From assembly GCA_035620735.1 (NCBI GenBank), contig DASPGH010000031.1, positions 1,014 to 65,013 of the forward strand: 64,000 nucleotides of DNA. Direction: 5' to 3'. The notes under the pieces are model-generated. The model did not search any database, was not told the origin of the DNA, and was given only the letters and a program-made list of their open reading frames with translations. This DNA is from Acidimicrobiia bacterium. Lineage in GTDB: Bacteria; Actinomycetota; Acidimicrobiia; Spongiisociales; ZC4RG35. Both the position numbers and the translations under genes were made by a program. Below are positions 36,862-45,604 of this stretch, one piece after another (position 1 is the stretch's first letter; each line of letters starts with the position of its first letter).

Positions 36862-37016
36862 TCGTCTTCCACCCGGGCCGCGTTGAAGGCTTCGGCGAGG
36901 AGAGTCGCCAAGAGCTCCAGATGCTCCTCGCGGGTCCTTGTGTTGGAGGTCCCGATGGCGTGGGCGATCTGAGACTGGATCGACTCCATCGTGACTGGTG
37001 TGGTGGTCATGAACAT
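36858..37016 (-). CDS. Hypothetical small protein
   Basis: MFMTTTPVTMESIQSQIAHAIGTSNTRTREEHLELLATLLAEAFNAARVEDD. G/C-rich third positions. 4-nt convergent overlap with the previous ORF. No clear RBS. Confidence 0.3.
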   Translation of the reverse strand: MFMTTTPVTMESIQSQIAHAIGTSNTRTREEHLELLATLLAEAFNAARVEDD

Positions 37017-37181
37017 TTGACGTGGGCGGGTCCAACCCGGTTCCTGGAGAACCGTGTCTTTTGGTGGCGTCCATGGTTCCCGAACCATCGTGGTTCCAAA
37101 CTTCCCGGTGAAGCCAGTCTCCTGTCATGGAATGCCACAACGGGGTTGGTGGTTTCCCTGCTCGGGTACTCTTTTGGACTG

Positions 37182-38018
37182 ATGAGCAAAGTAACCGCAC
37201 CCGGAATTCGATCCCGCAAAGGCGGGCCCAAGATCGCCGTGGTGACCGCATATGACTTCCCGGGAGCGGTGATCGCCGACCGGGCCGGCATCGACATAAT
37301 CCTCGTCGGAGACTCCGTCGCCAATGTCGTCCACGGCATGGACACGACCCTCGAGATCGGTCTGGACGAGATCGTCCTCCACACACGTGCCGTCAAACGA
37401 GCCAGGCCAAACGCTCTCGTTGTCGCCGATATGCCCTGGCTCACCTTCCATCTGGGGGAGGAGGACGCCGTCCGCAACGCCGGCCGTCTCGTTCGGGAAG
37501 GAGGCGCCGAGGCGGTGAAGCTCGAAGGTGGACGCAAGAGGCTGCCTGTCATCGAGGCGATCCTCGATGCAGAGATTCCGGTCATGGGTCATGTTGGCCT
37601 CACCCCCCAGTCGGTCCATGCCATGGGTGGTTTCAAGGTCCAGGGCAAGGTCGTCGACGCAGCACGGGAGATGATCGACGATGCCAAGGCCCTCTCCGAT
37701 GTCGGATGCTTCTCCATCGTCATCGAGGGTGTCCCGGACATCCTCGGTGAGCTGATCACCAAAGAGGTCGACGCTCCCACCATCGGCATCGGCGCCGGGG
37801 CCAGCACCGACGGCCAGGTCCTCGTGTTTCACGATGTCCTCGGTCTCGGCGATGGCAACTACCCGAAGTTCGTTCGGCCCTACGCCCATCTCGCCGACGA
37901 TGCGGTCGCAGCTCTGGAGCGATTCAAGGCCGACATCCAAAAGGGTTCTTTCCCCGGAGACGACGAGAGCTATCACGTCCCCGATGAAGTGGCGAGCGAA
38001 CTTCTCAAAGGGACCTGA
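37182..38018 (+). CDS. panB: 3-methyl-2-oxobutanoate hydroxymethyltransferase
   Basis: VVTAYDFPGAVIADRAGIDIILVGDS, KLEGG and GHVGLTPQ motifs. Start reset to ATG 37182. Confidence 0.92.
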   Translation: MSKVTAPGIRSRKGGPKIAVVTAYDFPGAVIADRAGIDIILVGDSVANVVHGMDTTLEIGLDEIVLHTRAVKRARPNALVVADMPWLTFHLGEEDAVRNAGRLVREGGAEAVKLEGGRKRLPVIEAILDAEIPVMGHVGLTPQSVHAMGGFKVQGKVVDAAREMIDDAKALSDVGCFSIVIEGVPDILGELITKEVDAPTIGIGAGASTDGQVLVFHDVLGLGDGNYPKFVRPYAHLADDAVAALERFKADIQKGSFPGDDESYHVPDEVASELLKGT

Positions 38019-38440
38019 GACGTCTGATCGCACTTCTGCTCCTGACGGTGTCGTGTGCGACGACGTCGGGTCTCGACGGGTTCGAGACGGGTGAGGTGGC
38101 CGTCGGCGAGGAGACCCTCTCGGTGGCGGTGGCCTCGACCGCCCTGCAGCGAAGTCGGGGGTTGAGTGGCGTCGACGAGCTTCCGCGGGGTCTGGATGGG
38201 ATGCTCTTCACCTGGAGTGAGCCGTCGAGCACTAGCTTTCACATGCGCGATGTCGGACTCCCGCTCGACGTGTGGTTCTTCGACGCCGATGGCTCGCTGA
38301 TCGGCTCGGCGAGGATGGAGACCTGTCTCGACGGGACCTGCTCGAGCTATGCCACGCCCGGACCGGTCATGTGGGCGCTGGAAACCCCCGCTGGTGAGTT
38401 TTCGTTCGCTCCCGGCGCAATTCTCACCGTCGGCAGCTGA
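38015..38440 (+). CDS. DUF192 family protein, probably secreted/lipoprotein (start uncertain)
   Basis: RGLSGV, LDGMLF, FHMRDVGLPLDVWFFD and ALETPAG match the DUF192 pattern. The signal-like LRRLIALLLLTVSC lies upstream of the first canonical start (GTG 38048). Confidence 0.7.
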   Translation: MRRLIALLLLTVSCATTSGLDGFETGEVAVGEETLSVAVASTALQRSRGLSGVDELPRGLDGMLFTWSEPSSTSFHMRDVGLPLDVWFFDADGSLIGSARMETCLDGTCSSYATPGPVMWALETPAGEFSFAPGAILTVGS

Positions 38441-38564
38441 TACGGACTGGGGAAAAGACCCGTCCCGGGTTATCCTTCATCACTCATCCGGCGACACGCG
38501 CCGCCGGCCCCTGCTCCACCGAGTTGGTGGGGCCTTCCGTTTGAGGATGTCCACAGGAGGTGCA

Positions 38565-38855
38565 ATGCGCGACTACGAACTGATGACGATTCATCGGCCA
38601 GACCTGGCCGAGGATGACGTCGAGTCAAAGATCAGCGAGTTGGAGACCTATCTCTCCAACAGCGACGCAGAGGTCACCAAACGTGACATGTGGGGAAAAC
38701 GCCGATTCGCCTACGAGATCGACCATCTGAGTGAGGGTTACTACACCGTGGTCTCTTTCCGTGCCGAGGCGGAGGCCGTTGCCGGAGTAGACCGGTTGCT
38801 CACCCTCGCTGATGACGTGGTGCGTCACAAGATCGTCCGTATGGGCGAAGTGTGA
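38565..38855 (+). CDS. rpsF: 30S ribosomal protein S6
   Basis: MRDYELMTIHRPDL...WGKRRFAYEI. AGGAGG 4 nt upstream of ATG 38565. Confidence 0.93.
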   Translation: MRDYELMTIHRPDLAEDDVESKISELETYLSNSDAEVTKRDMWGKRRFAYEIDHLSEGYYTVVSFRAEAEAVAGVDRLLTLADDVVRHKIVRMGEV

Positions 38856-38918
38856 CTGACTGGAATCTGTCCCCGGAAAACGGCATAGTCGAAAGCGGGA
38901 CGAACTGAGGAGAACTCG

Positions 38919-39374
38919 ATGTCAAGCAATGTGACGCTTATTGGAAACCTGGTCGACGACCCCGAGCTTCGCTTCACCCCCTCTGGTGTGGCGATGGCAA
39001 AGATCCGCATGGCCGTCAACCGCCGTTGGCGGGGCCAGGACGGCGAGTGGCAGGAGCAAACCAGCTTTTTCAGCGGGACCATCTGGCGTGAGCAGGCCGA
39101 ACAGGCTGCCGAGTCACTGCAGAAGGGCGCCAGGGTCATCGTGACCGGACGTCTCGAGCAGCGAAGCTGGGAGACAGAGGCCGGGGAGAAGCGCTCCGTC
39201 GTCGAAATCGCCGTCGACGAGATCGGCCCGTCCCTTCGTTGGGCGACCGCCACGGTCAACCGCACCCAACGTGAGGACAGCTGGGGTGGCGGCGGATCGG
39301 GCGGAGGTCAGTCGGCCGGCGCCTCGGCACCTTCGGCTCGAGACGACTACGGCCCCGATGAGGCCCCTTTCTAG
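38919..39374 (+). CDS. ssb: Single-stranded DNA-binding protein
   Basis: OB-fold N-terminus NVTLIGNLVDDPELRFTPSG, Gly-rich linker, acidic tail DEAPF. Confidence 0.95.
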   Translation: MSSNVTLIGNLVDDPELRFTPSGVAMAKIRMAVNRRWRGQDGEWQEQTSFFSGTIWREQAEQAAESLQKGARVIVTGRLEQRSWETEAGEKRSVVEIAVDEIGPSLRWATATVNRTQREDSWGGGGSGGGQSAGASAPSARDDYGPDEAPF

Positions 39375-39385
39375 GAGAAACTTGA

Positions 39386-39658
39386 ATGGCTCGTAAGAAC
39401 CGAAGAAACCCGAAGCAATCGCCGCGCGGTCGGCGTCAAGACTTCCGACGTGGCAAGCCGAAGCCTTGTCCCCTCGACTTCGAGGACGCCCGCGTCGACT
39501 GGAAAGACACCTCGTTGCTCCGCAAATACGTCTCAGATCGGGGCAAGATCCGCGGTCGTCGTGTCACCGGACTCTGCCCACAGCATCAGCGTGAGGTCGC
39601 CGTTGCAGTGAAGAACGCTCGTGAGATGGCGCTCCTTCCGTACGTAGGTGGGCGATGA
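39386..39658 (+). CDS. rpsR: 30S ribosomal protein S18
   Basis: [49 protein letters not shown]. Confidence 0.95.
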   Translation: MARKNRRNPKQSPRGRRQDFRRGKPKPCPLDFEDARVDWKDTSLLRKYVSDRGKIRGRRVTGLCPQHQREVAVAVKNAREMALLPYVGGR

Positions 39659-40101
39659 AGCTCATCCTCACCTCCGACGTCGACCCGCTCGGGAAGAGAG
39701 GCGACGTCGTCGATGTCGCCGATGGCTATGCCCGCAACTTCCTGCTCCCGCGGAAGAAGGCGATAAAGGCCAACGAAGGTGCCCTCGCCCAGGCCGAGGC
39801 GATTCGCGAAGCCCGCATCGAAGCCGAGCGCAGGGCCAAGGAGCAGGCAGAGAACATCGCCACCCAGCTCGTCGGCAGCAGGGTCGTGCTCGCCGCCCAG
39901 GCAGGTGACGAAGGTCAGCTCTACGGCTCTGTTGGCGTGTCCGACGTCGTGGAGGGCATCAAGCGATTCACCGGGATCGAGCTCGACCGCAGCCAGGTGC
40001 ACATCGCCGAGCCCATCAAGGCCATCGGTCTGCACGAGGTACAGGTCAAGGTCCACGCCGACGTCGAGTTTCCGCTGACACTCGACGTCATCCCGGCATA
40101 A
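39655..40101 (+). CDS. rplI: 50S ribosomal protein L9
   Basis: [36 protein letters not shown]. Confidence 0.95.
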   Translation: MKLILTSDVDPLGKRGDVVDVADGYARNFLLPRKKAIKANEGALAQAEAIREARIEAERRAKEQAENIATQLVGSRVVLAAQAGDEGQLYGSVGVSDVVEGIKRFTGIELDRSQVHIAEPIKAIGLHEVQVKVHADVEFPLTLDVIPA

Positions 40102-40147
40102 CCGAGCTCCCCTTCGGCCCCGTGTCGGGTGGTTAGGGTCTGGCACC

Positions 40148-40525
40148 GTGGAGATCGCGGCATGGGTCGCCACCGTCCTGATCGGCGTGGTGACCGTTTT
40201 CCAACTGGCTCTCGCCCTCGGTGCGCCGGCCGGTGCCGCGGCATGGGGTGGCTCCCATCCGGGGGTTCTTCCCACCCGGCTTCGTGTGGCGAGCGGACTC
40301 GTCGCCATCTTCTTCTATCCCGTGGTCGCCATGGAGCTGCTGTACAGCGCCGGCGTGATCGAGTTTGGCTGGGACGTCAACCCACTGTGGATCTGGTTTC
40401 TCGCCGGTCTCTTTGCCTTGGGAGGGCTTGCCAATCTCGCATCCCGGTCGAAGATCGAGAGGATGTGGGGGCCGGTCTCTCTGGTGCTGGCGATTTGCTG
40501 CGGGGTCATCGCTTTGGGCATGTGA
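40148..40525 (+). CDS. Hypothetical four-TM membrane protein
   Basis: 125-aa hydrophobic ORF. No family recognised. Confidence 0.5.
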   Translation: MEIAAWVATVLIGVVTVFQLALALGAPAGAAAWGGSHPGVLPTRLRVASGLVAIFFYPVVAMELLYSAGVIEFGWDVNPLWIWFLAGLFALGGLANLASRSKIERMWGPVSLVLAICCGVIALGM

Positions 40526-40771
40526 ACCTGTCGGTAGCGCTGTGTTTCGCGACTTTGCCTCGAGATTCGCGAACTGAGGGCAGCGCGAAAAACAATCAGC
40601 AGTTCGGGAAAATCAAGTACGGCTCCACCTTGGTGCGCCGTCGGGCATGTGCCTATGTTGCCCGCCACTTCCCCCCGCTGTCGGCGGTGCGGCGTTCCGC
40701 CCGGCGGGGTCTTGCGCGTCAAGACCGCGAAATCTGTACCTACTGAATGCTTGAGTGTTGGCGAGACACAG

Positions 40772-42121
40772 ATGACGGTTGAAACCACAACCCCGATGCG
40801 ACCCGGCTATCGACAACCGCCCCACTCACGTGAGGCGGAGGAGTCGGTGATCGGGGCGCTGCTTCTCTCCGAGGACGCGGTCAACGAGGTGATGGACCAG
40901 ATCCATCCCGAAGACTTCTACGTGCCGGCTCATCAGGCGATATTCGAGTCGATGCGGGAGCTGTTCGACTCCAGTCAGGCCATCGATGCGGTCACCGTGT
41001 CGGAGAGTCTCCGTCGTAAAGGCGAGCTCGACAAGATCGGTGGCGTCCAGTATCTCACCCGGTTGGTCGACATCGTCCCCTCCACCTCGAATGTCTCCTA
41101 CTACGCCGGGATCGTCGAGGAGCATGCCAAGCGCAGGGAGCTCATCAGAGCAGGTGCCTCTGTCACCGAGCTCGCCTTCGAGATCGATGATGAGATTGCC
41201 AGTGTCCTCGATCGGGCGGAGCAGGCCGTCCTCGGTGTTGCCGAGAAACGCGCTTCACAGACCCTTCTCGAGGTGGGCCCCATGTTCCAAGACGTGCTCG
41301 AGCACATCGAGCTGCTGGAACAGCAGGGGAGCGAGATCACCGGTCTCGCCACCGGATTCGTCGACCTGGACAAGAAGCTCGCCGGTCTCCAGCCGGCCAA
41401 CCTCGTGGTGATCGCGGGAAGGCCGGCCATGGGCAAATCGAGCCTTGCCCTGAACATCGCTACCAATGCCGCCGCCACGGGTGAGCCGGTCGCCATCTTC
41501 TCCTTGGAGATGTCGAAGGAGGAGATCGTGCAGCGCATCCTCTCGTCGGTGGGCAAGGTCGACTCGATGAAGTTGCGATCGGGTCAACTGGGGCCACTCT
41601 GGCAGCGGGTGGTCGACGCCGCCGGACGTATGTACAAGGCTCCGATCTACATCGATGACTCGCCGGTGGTGACCGTCACCGACATCCGGGCCAAGTGCCG
41701 CCGTCTCAAGAGGAAGAAGGGTCTCAGCCTTGTCGTGGTCGACTATCTGCAGCTCATGGAGGCTCATGGCCCCGAGAACCGGCAACAGGAGATCGCCCAG
41801 ATCTCGAGAAACCTGAAGAACCTGGCTCGTGAGCTGGAGGTGCCGATCATCGCCGCCTCACAGCTCAACCGATCGCTGGAGTCGAGAGAAGACAAGAGGC
41901 CGCGTCTGTCCGACCTCCGTGAGTCGGGCTCGATCGAGCAGGACTCCGACGTGGTGATGTTCGTTTACCGCCATGAGTACTACCACCCTGAAGATCAGGA
42001 CAAGAAGGGGATCGCCGAGATCATCGTGGCCAAACACCGCGCCGGCTCGACAGGCCCGGTGGAGATGACGTTCCAGCCAGAGTTCACCCGGTTCGCCAAC
42101 CTGGGTCGCGACGTCACCTGA
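40772..42121 (+). CDS. dnaB: Replicative DNA helicase DnaB (no intein)
   Basis: PPHSREAEESVIGALLL, Walker A GRPAMGKSSLAL, VVVDYLQLM, AASQLNR. Start reset to ATG 40772. Confidence 0.95.
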   Translation: MTVETTTPMRPGYRQPPHSREAEESVIGALLLSEDAVNEVMDQIHPEDFYVPAHQAIFESMRELFDSSQAIDAVTVSESLRRKGELDKIGGVQYLTRLVDIVPSTSNVSYYAGIVEEHAKRRELIRAGASVTELAFEIDDEIASVLDRAEQAVLGVAEKRASQTLLEVGPMFQDVLEHIELLEQQGSEITGLATGFVDLDKKLAGLQPANLVVIAGRPAMGKSSLALNIATNAAATGEPVAIFSLEMSKEEIVQRILSSVGKVDSMKLRSGQLGPLWQRVVDAAGRMYKAPIYIDDSPVVTVTDIRAKCRRLKRKKGLSLVVVDYLQLMEAHGPENRQQEIAQISRNLKNLARELEVPIIAASQLNRSLESREDKRPRLSDLRESGSIEQDSDVVMFVYRHEYYHPEDQDKKGIAEIIVAKHRAGSTGPVEMTFQPEFTRFANLGRDVT

Positions 42122-42137
42122 CGCCAAAAAACGCTGT

Positions 42138-42159
42138 GCGGCAGCCTGGTGGCTGCCGC
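42138..42159. terminator. Bidirectional hairpin between convergent dnaB and dcd
   Basis: 9-bp stem (GCGGCAGCC with GGCTGCCGC), TGGT loop. An A-run on the plus side at 42126-42131 gives a U-tract for the minus-strand (dcd) transcript. Confidence 0.7.
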
Positions 42160-42305
42160 GGAGGGGTTTGTCACTTGCCCTGTGAAGCCGGTAAAGCTTC
42201 GAGTTGGGGACTCAAATTGGGCAACGGACCAACGATGTCAGTTTCGCGAAAGCCCGGGACGCTGTGTTGAGGATGCCGGGATCAATCCGAATACACACAT
42301 TCGTA

Positions 42306-42869
42306 CTAGTTATCGAAGTCCTGGTGGGAGCGGCTCGCCGTCGGTCCGGATTGCCCTTGATACTTCGAGCCCAGCTCCGGTGAGCCATAGGGATGGTCGG
42401 CCGCGGTGGTCATCTGATAGAAGCTGATCTGGCCGATCTTCATCCCCGGGTAGATGGCGATGGGCAGGGTTGCCACGTTGGACAGCTCGAGTGTGATGTG
42501 ACCCTCGAAACCGGGGTCGATGAACCCCGCCGTGGAATGAATGAGGAGACCGAGACGTCCCAGGGAGGACTTGCCCTCGAGTCGGGCGACGACGTCCTCA
42601 CCGAGCTTGACCCGCTCCAGGGTCGAGCCCAGGACGAACTCCCCGGGGTGGAGCATGAAGGGCCCGTCTCCCACCTCGATGAGCTGGGTGAGGTCCTCCT
42701 GCGGTGCCCGGGGGTCGATCTCGGAGTACTTGTGATTTGCGAAGATGCGGAAACCATCGCCGACCCTGAGATCGACCGACGATGGCTGGACGTATGTGGG
42801 CTCATATGGATCGATCTGGATCGTGCCCGCGTCCAACGCCTCTTTGATCGATCGGTCCGAGAAGATCAT
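42306..42869 (-). CDS. dcd: dCTP deaminase
   Basis: [19 protein letters not shown]...[11 protein letters not shown] and [15 protein letters not shown]. Start reset to ATG 42869. Confidence 0.93.
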   Translation of the reverse strand: MIFSDRSIKEALDAGTIQIDPYEPTYVQPSSVDLRVGDGFRIFANHKYSEIDPRAPQEDLTQLIEVGDGPFMLHPGEFVLGSTLERVKLGEDVVARLEGKSSLGRLGLLIHSTAGFIDPGFEGHITLELSNVATLPIAIYPGMKIGQISFYQMTTAADHPYGSPELGSKYQGQSGPTASRSHQDFDN

Positions 42870-42991
42870 TGGGCGGGTATGGTAGGCGTCTCGGTCAGCG
42901 ACATCGGGCGAGCGGATCGATGGTGCAGAATCGTGCGCTGACGGTTGGTGACTGCACACCAGATCTGGGGAGCGGGCGAGAACGGGAGCGG

Positions 42992-43062
42992 AGCGGGTGA
43001 CGGGAATCGAACCCGCGTCTTGAGCTTGGGAAGCTCACGTTCTGCCATTGAACTACACCCGC
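42992..43062 (-). tRNA. tRNA-Gly (anticodon CCC), CCA not encoded
   Basis: Reverse complement: GCGGGTGTAGTTCAATGGCAGAACGTGAGCTTCCCAAGCTCAAGACGCGGGTTCGATTCCCGTCACCCGCT. Folds as a cloverleaf with anticodon loop TTCCCAA and a GTTCGATTC T-loop. Confidence 0.95.
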
Positions 43063-43090
43063 GAGGACGATCAGAGTAGTCACGCCCTGG

Positions 43091-44242
43091 TTGAAGGAGA
43101 CAGGGCAAGTCCGACGTGTTCCCATGACGGCCGGTGCGGGTATGGGACACTCGATCGTCTGGAAAGGGAGCCGCACCATGACCAACGGCGCATTCCGCGC
43201 CTTCGTTCTGCGATGGGGGGACGTGGCGTGGCGTCTGGTGGCCATGGGGGTGGTCGTCTTCTTTGCCTTTCGAATCCTCAAGACGGTCAGCGTCGTCGTC
43301 TTTGCGGTGGTCTTCGCCTTGTTCCTGGCGGCAATTCTGTGGCGGCCGGCGCAATGGCTGATGGGCCACGGCTGGAAGCCGGCCCTGGCCAGCATGGCGA
43401 CGATCTTTGTTGCCGCCCTCGCGCTGACCGGGTTGATCCTGTTCATCATCCCCCAGGTCGCGGACAGCATCGACACTCTGAGTGAGGACGTCACCGAGAC
43501 CTGGGAGTCTTTCCACGACTGGCTGATCGATGGCCCTCTGGGTCTGACACAACAGGAGATAGACGACTACACGGACCGGATAGGTGGGTGGCTTCAGGGG
43601 ATCGGGGGTGATCGTCTCCTCGGTGGCGCGACCGCCGTACTCGAGTTCATAACCGGCGCTTTTCTCGTGGTCGTCATCACCTTCTTCATGCTCAAAGACG
43701 GCCGGGCTCTCTTGGAGAAGACGCTGGATCGAACCGCGCCGGAGACCGCCGGAAAGATTGCGGTCGGTGCCAGGGTTGCTCGGGACTCGTTGGCGAAATA
43801 CATGGGAGGGATCGCCCTGGTCGGTCTCTTCGATGCCACGCTGATCGCCATCGCTCTCTGGATCGTGGGGACACCGCTTGTCGTCCCCCTTGCGCTCCTC
43901 GTGTTCTTCGGCGCCTACATCCCCCTCATAGGTGCGTTTTTCTCGGGTCTTCTCGCGGTGGCCGTCACCTTTGTCAACGTCGGCTCGATTCAGGCGCTGA
44001 TCATCCTCGCTGTCGTGGTGATCGTCCAGCAGTTCGAGGGTGATGTCATCATGCCCCTCGTTTTTGGTTCCAGACTGCGTCTGCACCCCCTCGTCGTCCT
44101 CCTCGCCGTCGCCGCCGGTGGTCTTGCCTTCGGACTGGCCGGAGCGTTTCTCGCCGTTCCGCTCATCGCCGTAGCCGTCTCGGTCCATGAGGCGATCGGC
44201 GACGATCCTGACCGGTCCTATCTGCAACTCGCCCGCGGCTGA
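43091..44242 (+). CDS. AI-2E (PerM/UPF0118) family transporter
   Basis: Polytopic ORF. Family-typical VQQFEGDVIMPLVFGSRLRLHPLVVLLAV and FLAVPL. The start could be 43091, 43124 or 43178. Confidence 0.8.
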   Translation: MKETGQVRRVPMTAGAGMGHSIVWKGSRTMTNGAFRAFVLRWGDVAWRLVAMGVVVFFAFRILKTVSVVVFAVVFALFLAAILWRPAQWLMGHGWKPALASMATIFVAALALTGLILFIIPQVADSIDTLSEDVTETWESFHDWLIDGPLGLTQQEIDDYTDRIGGWLQGIGGDRLLGGATAVLEFITGAFLVVVITFFMLKDGRALLEKTLDRTAPETAGKIAVGARVARDSLAKYMGGIALVGLFDATLIAIALWIVGTPLVVPLALLVFFGAYIPLIGAFFSGLLAVAVTFVNVGSIQALIILAVVVIVQQFEGDVIMPLVFGSRLRLHPLVVLLAVAAGGLAFGLAGAFLAVPLIAVAVSVHEAIGDDPDRSYLQLARG

Positions 44243-44335
44243 TCGATGCTCGAGCGCGTCACAGTGCGGCGTTGGGTCTTCGCGGGCGATGAGTCCCGAA
44301 TCGAGGACTCCCACCACACCACGTTCCAACCCCGG

Positions 44336-44563
44336 CTACCTGAACAGCGTGGCAGCACCCCAGATCGTGAGAAGCAGGCCGACGACCATGAGAAACCCCA
44401 CCCGTCCGGGGCGATAGATGGCGTCAGGCACGTCTTTGGGGGCCTCACCGCGTCGGTGCTTCCACCAGGCCAGCCCGTTGCCGATGAGAAGCGCGAGACC
44501 GAGGGCCAGGATCAGTTGTGGCACCAGATTCTCGAAGTCGAAGAGGTCACCCACAGGTGGCAC
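44336..44563 (-). CDS. Hypothetical small two-TM membrane protein
   Basis: C-terminal part of track ORF 44336..44734 (LVPQLILALGLALLIGNGLAWW ... FLMVVGLLLTIWGAATLF). GTG 44563 or 44554 avoids overlap with thrB. Confidence 0.35.
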   Translation of the reverse strand: MPPVGDLFDFENLVPQLILALGLALLIGNGLAWWKHRRGEAPKDVPDAIYRPGRVGFLMVVGLLLTIWGAATLFR

Positions 44564-44587
44564 CGTAACCCTGAATAGGCTGCGAAG

Positions 44588-45436
44588 GTGAACACAGCTG
44601 CCAGCGCCTCCGCTCCCGCCACCACGGCCAACCTCGGCCCAGCATTCGATTGCATCGCTCTTGCTCTCAGCCCGAGATGTGTGGTCAGGGCCCGACTCGC
44701 CGATGATTGGTCGGTCGAGCACAACGGAAAACACCGAGTGTCACCGGGGGAGGTCGATGGGGTAGTGGCCGCGGCACAGAGGGCGGTTGGTGACCGCCCA
44801 CTCACTCTCGAGGTGGAGAACGACGTCCCTCTGGCCCGCGGGCTGGGTTCTTCCGCTGCAGCTTTTGTCGCCGGAGCGGCGGCCGCCATGCGGGCTCACG
44901 GCGAAGACGCCTCACCCGATCGTGTGTTTCGCATAGCCGCCGAGATGGAGGGTCATGCCGATCAGGCCGCGGCGGCCGTGTACGGAGGCCTCGTCCTGAT
45001 ACCCGCCGAGGGGCGACCGCAGAGACTGCCGATACATCCCTCCCTGCGCCCCGTAGTTGCCGTCCCCGACAAACGTCTCCCAACCGCGGAGGCGAGAGCA
45101 GTTCTGCCCTCGAGCTACGACCGAGACGTGACCATCCGGAGCATGAGCCGTGTGGCTGCGCTGACAGCGGGTCTGACAACAGGCGACCCCGAGCTGCTCG
45201 CTGCCGCCCATGGGGATGAGATCCACGAATCGTGGCGCAACGCCCTCAGCCCTGAGGTGGCGGAGTTGATTGAGATTGCGAGAACGGCGGGCGCCTTCCA
45301 CGCGGCGAGATCAGGAGCGGGGCCATCGGTCGTTGCATTGGTGACACATGAGAACGCCATGGGTGTGGCAAGAGCGTTCGAAGCGTGGGGGGCGGCGGTG
45401 ATAGACGACCCGGTGGAGACCACTGGCCTGGTCTGA
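44588..45436 (+). CDS. thrB: Homoserine kinase
   Basis: APATTANLGPAFD, GHMP-kinase motif PLARGLGSSAAA. Confidence 0.88.
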   Translation: MNTAASASAPATTANLGPAFDCIALALSPRCVVRARLADDWSVEHNGKHRVSPGEVDGVVAAAQRAVGDRPLTLEVENDVPLARGLGSSAAAFVAGAAAAMRAHGEDASPDRVFRIAAEMEGHADQAAAAVYGGLVLIPAEGRPQRLPIHPSLRPVVAVPDKRLPTAEARAVLPSSYDRDVTIRSMSRVAALTAGLTTGDPELLAAAHGDEIHESWRNALSPEVAELIEIARTAGAFHAARSGAGPSVVALVTHENAMGVARAFEAWGAAVIDDPVETTGLV

Positions 45437-45454
45437 CTCGGGGGAACAACCGTC

Positions 45455-45563
45455 AAAATAGGAAAAGGACCTGCGCTGCCTCCTTCGGCGAGGTGGAGAC
45501 GGCGAGGCCCAATCTTCCTATGGCCTTCCGTGTTTAGCGTCGCCGGAAGGATCACGACGTAGT
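45455..45563 (-). ncRNA. Candidate small RNA (or structured 3' UTR)
   Basis: Perfect TATAAT on the minus strand (45573..45568). Downstream hairpin CCTTCCG with CGGAAGG, and a long closing stem AUAGGAAG with UUUUCCUAU followed by UUUG. Confidence 0.35.
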
Positions 45564-45604
45564 GCCAATTATACACGCTGGGCGGTGGAACCCGAAGCGG
45601 CAGG

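Noticed and set aside
36568-37016. Convergent small ORF pair considered as a toxin-antitoxin module
   Set aside because: The genes are convergent with a 4-nt tail overlap rather than co-transcribed. Neither ORF shows a recognisable toxin or antitoxin fold signature.
42866-44329. 487-aa minus-strand ORF
   Set aside because: It runs through the tRNA-Gly gene and is antisense to the AI-2E transporter. Its composition is Arg/Gly/Asp-rich and implausible.
44243-44335. Possible degenerate copy of the interspersed repeat (minus strand TAG CCGGGGTTGGAACG ... GATTCGGGACTCATC)
   Set aside because: The module order and orientation differ from copies A-C, and the similarity is limited to 8-9-mers. It cannot be distinguished from chance without a genome-wide model.
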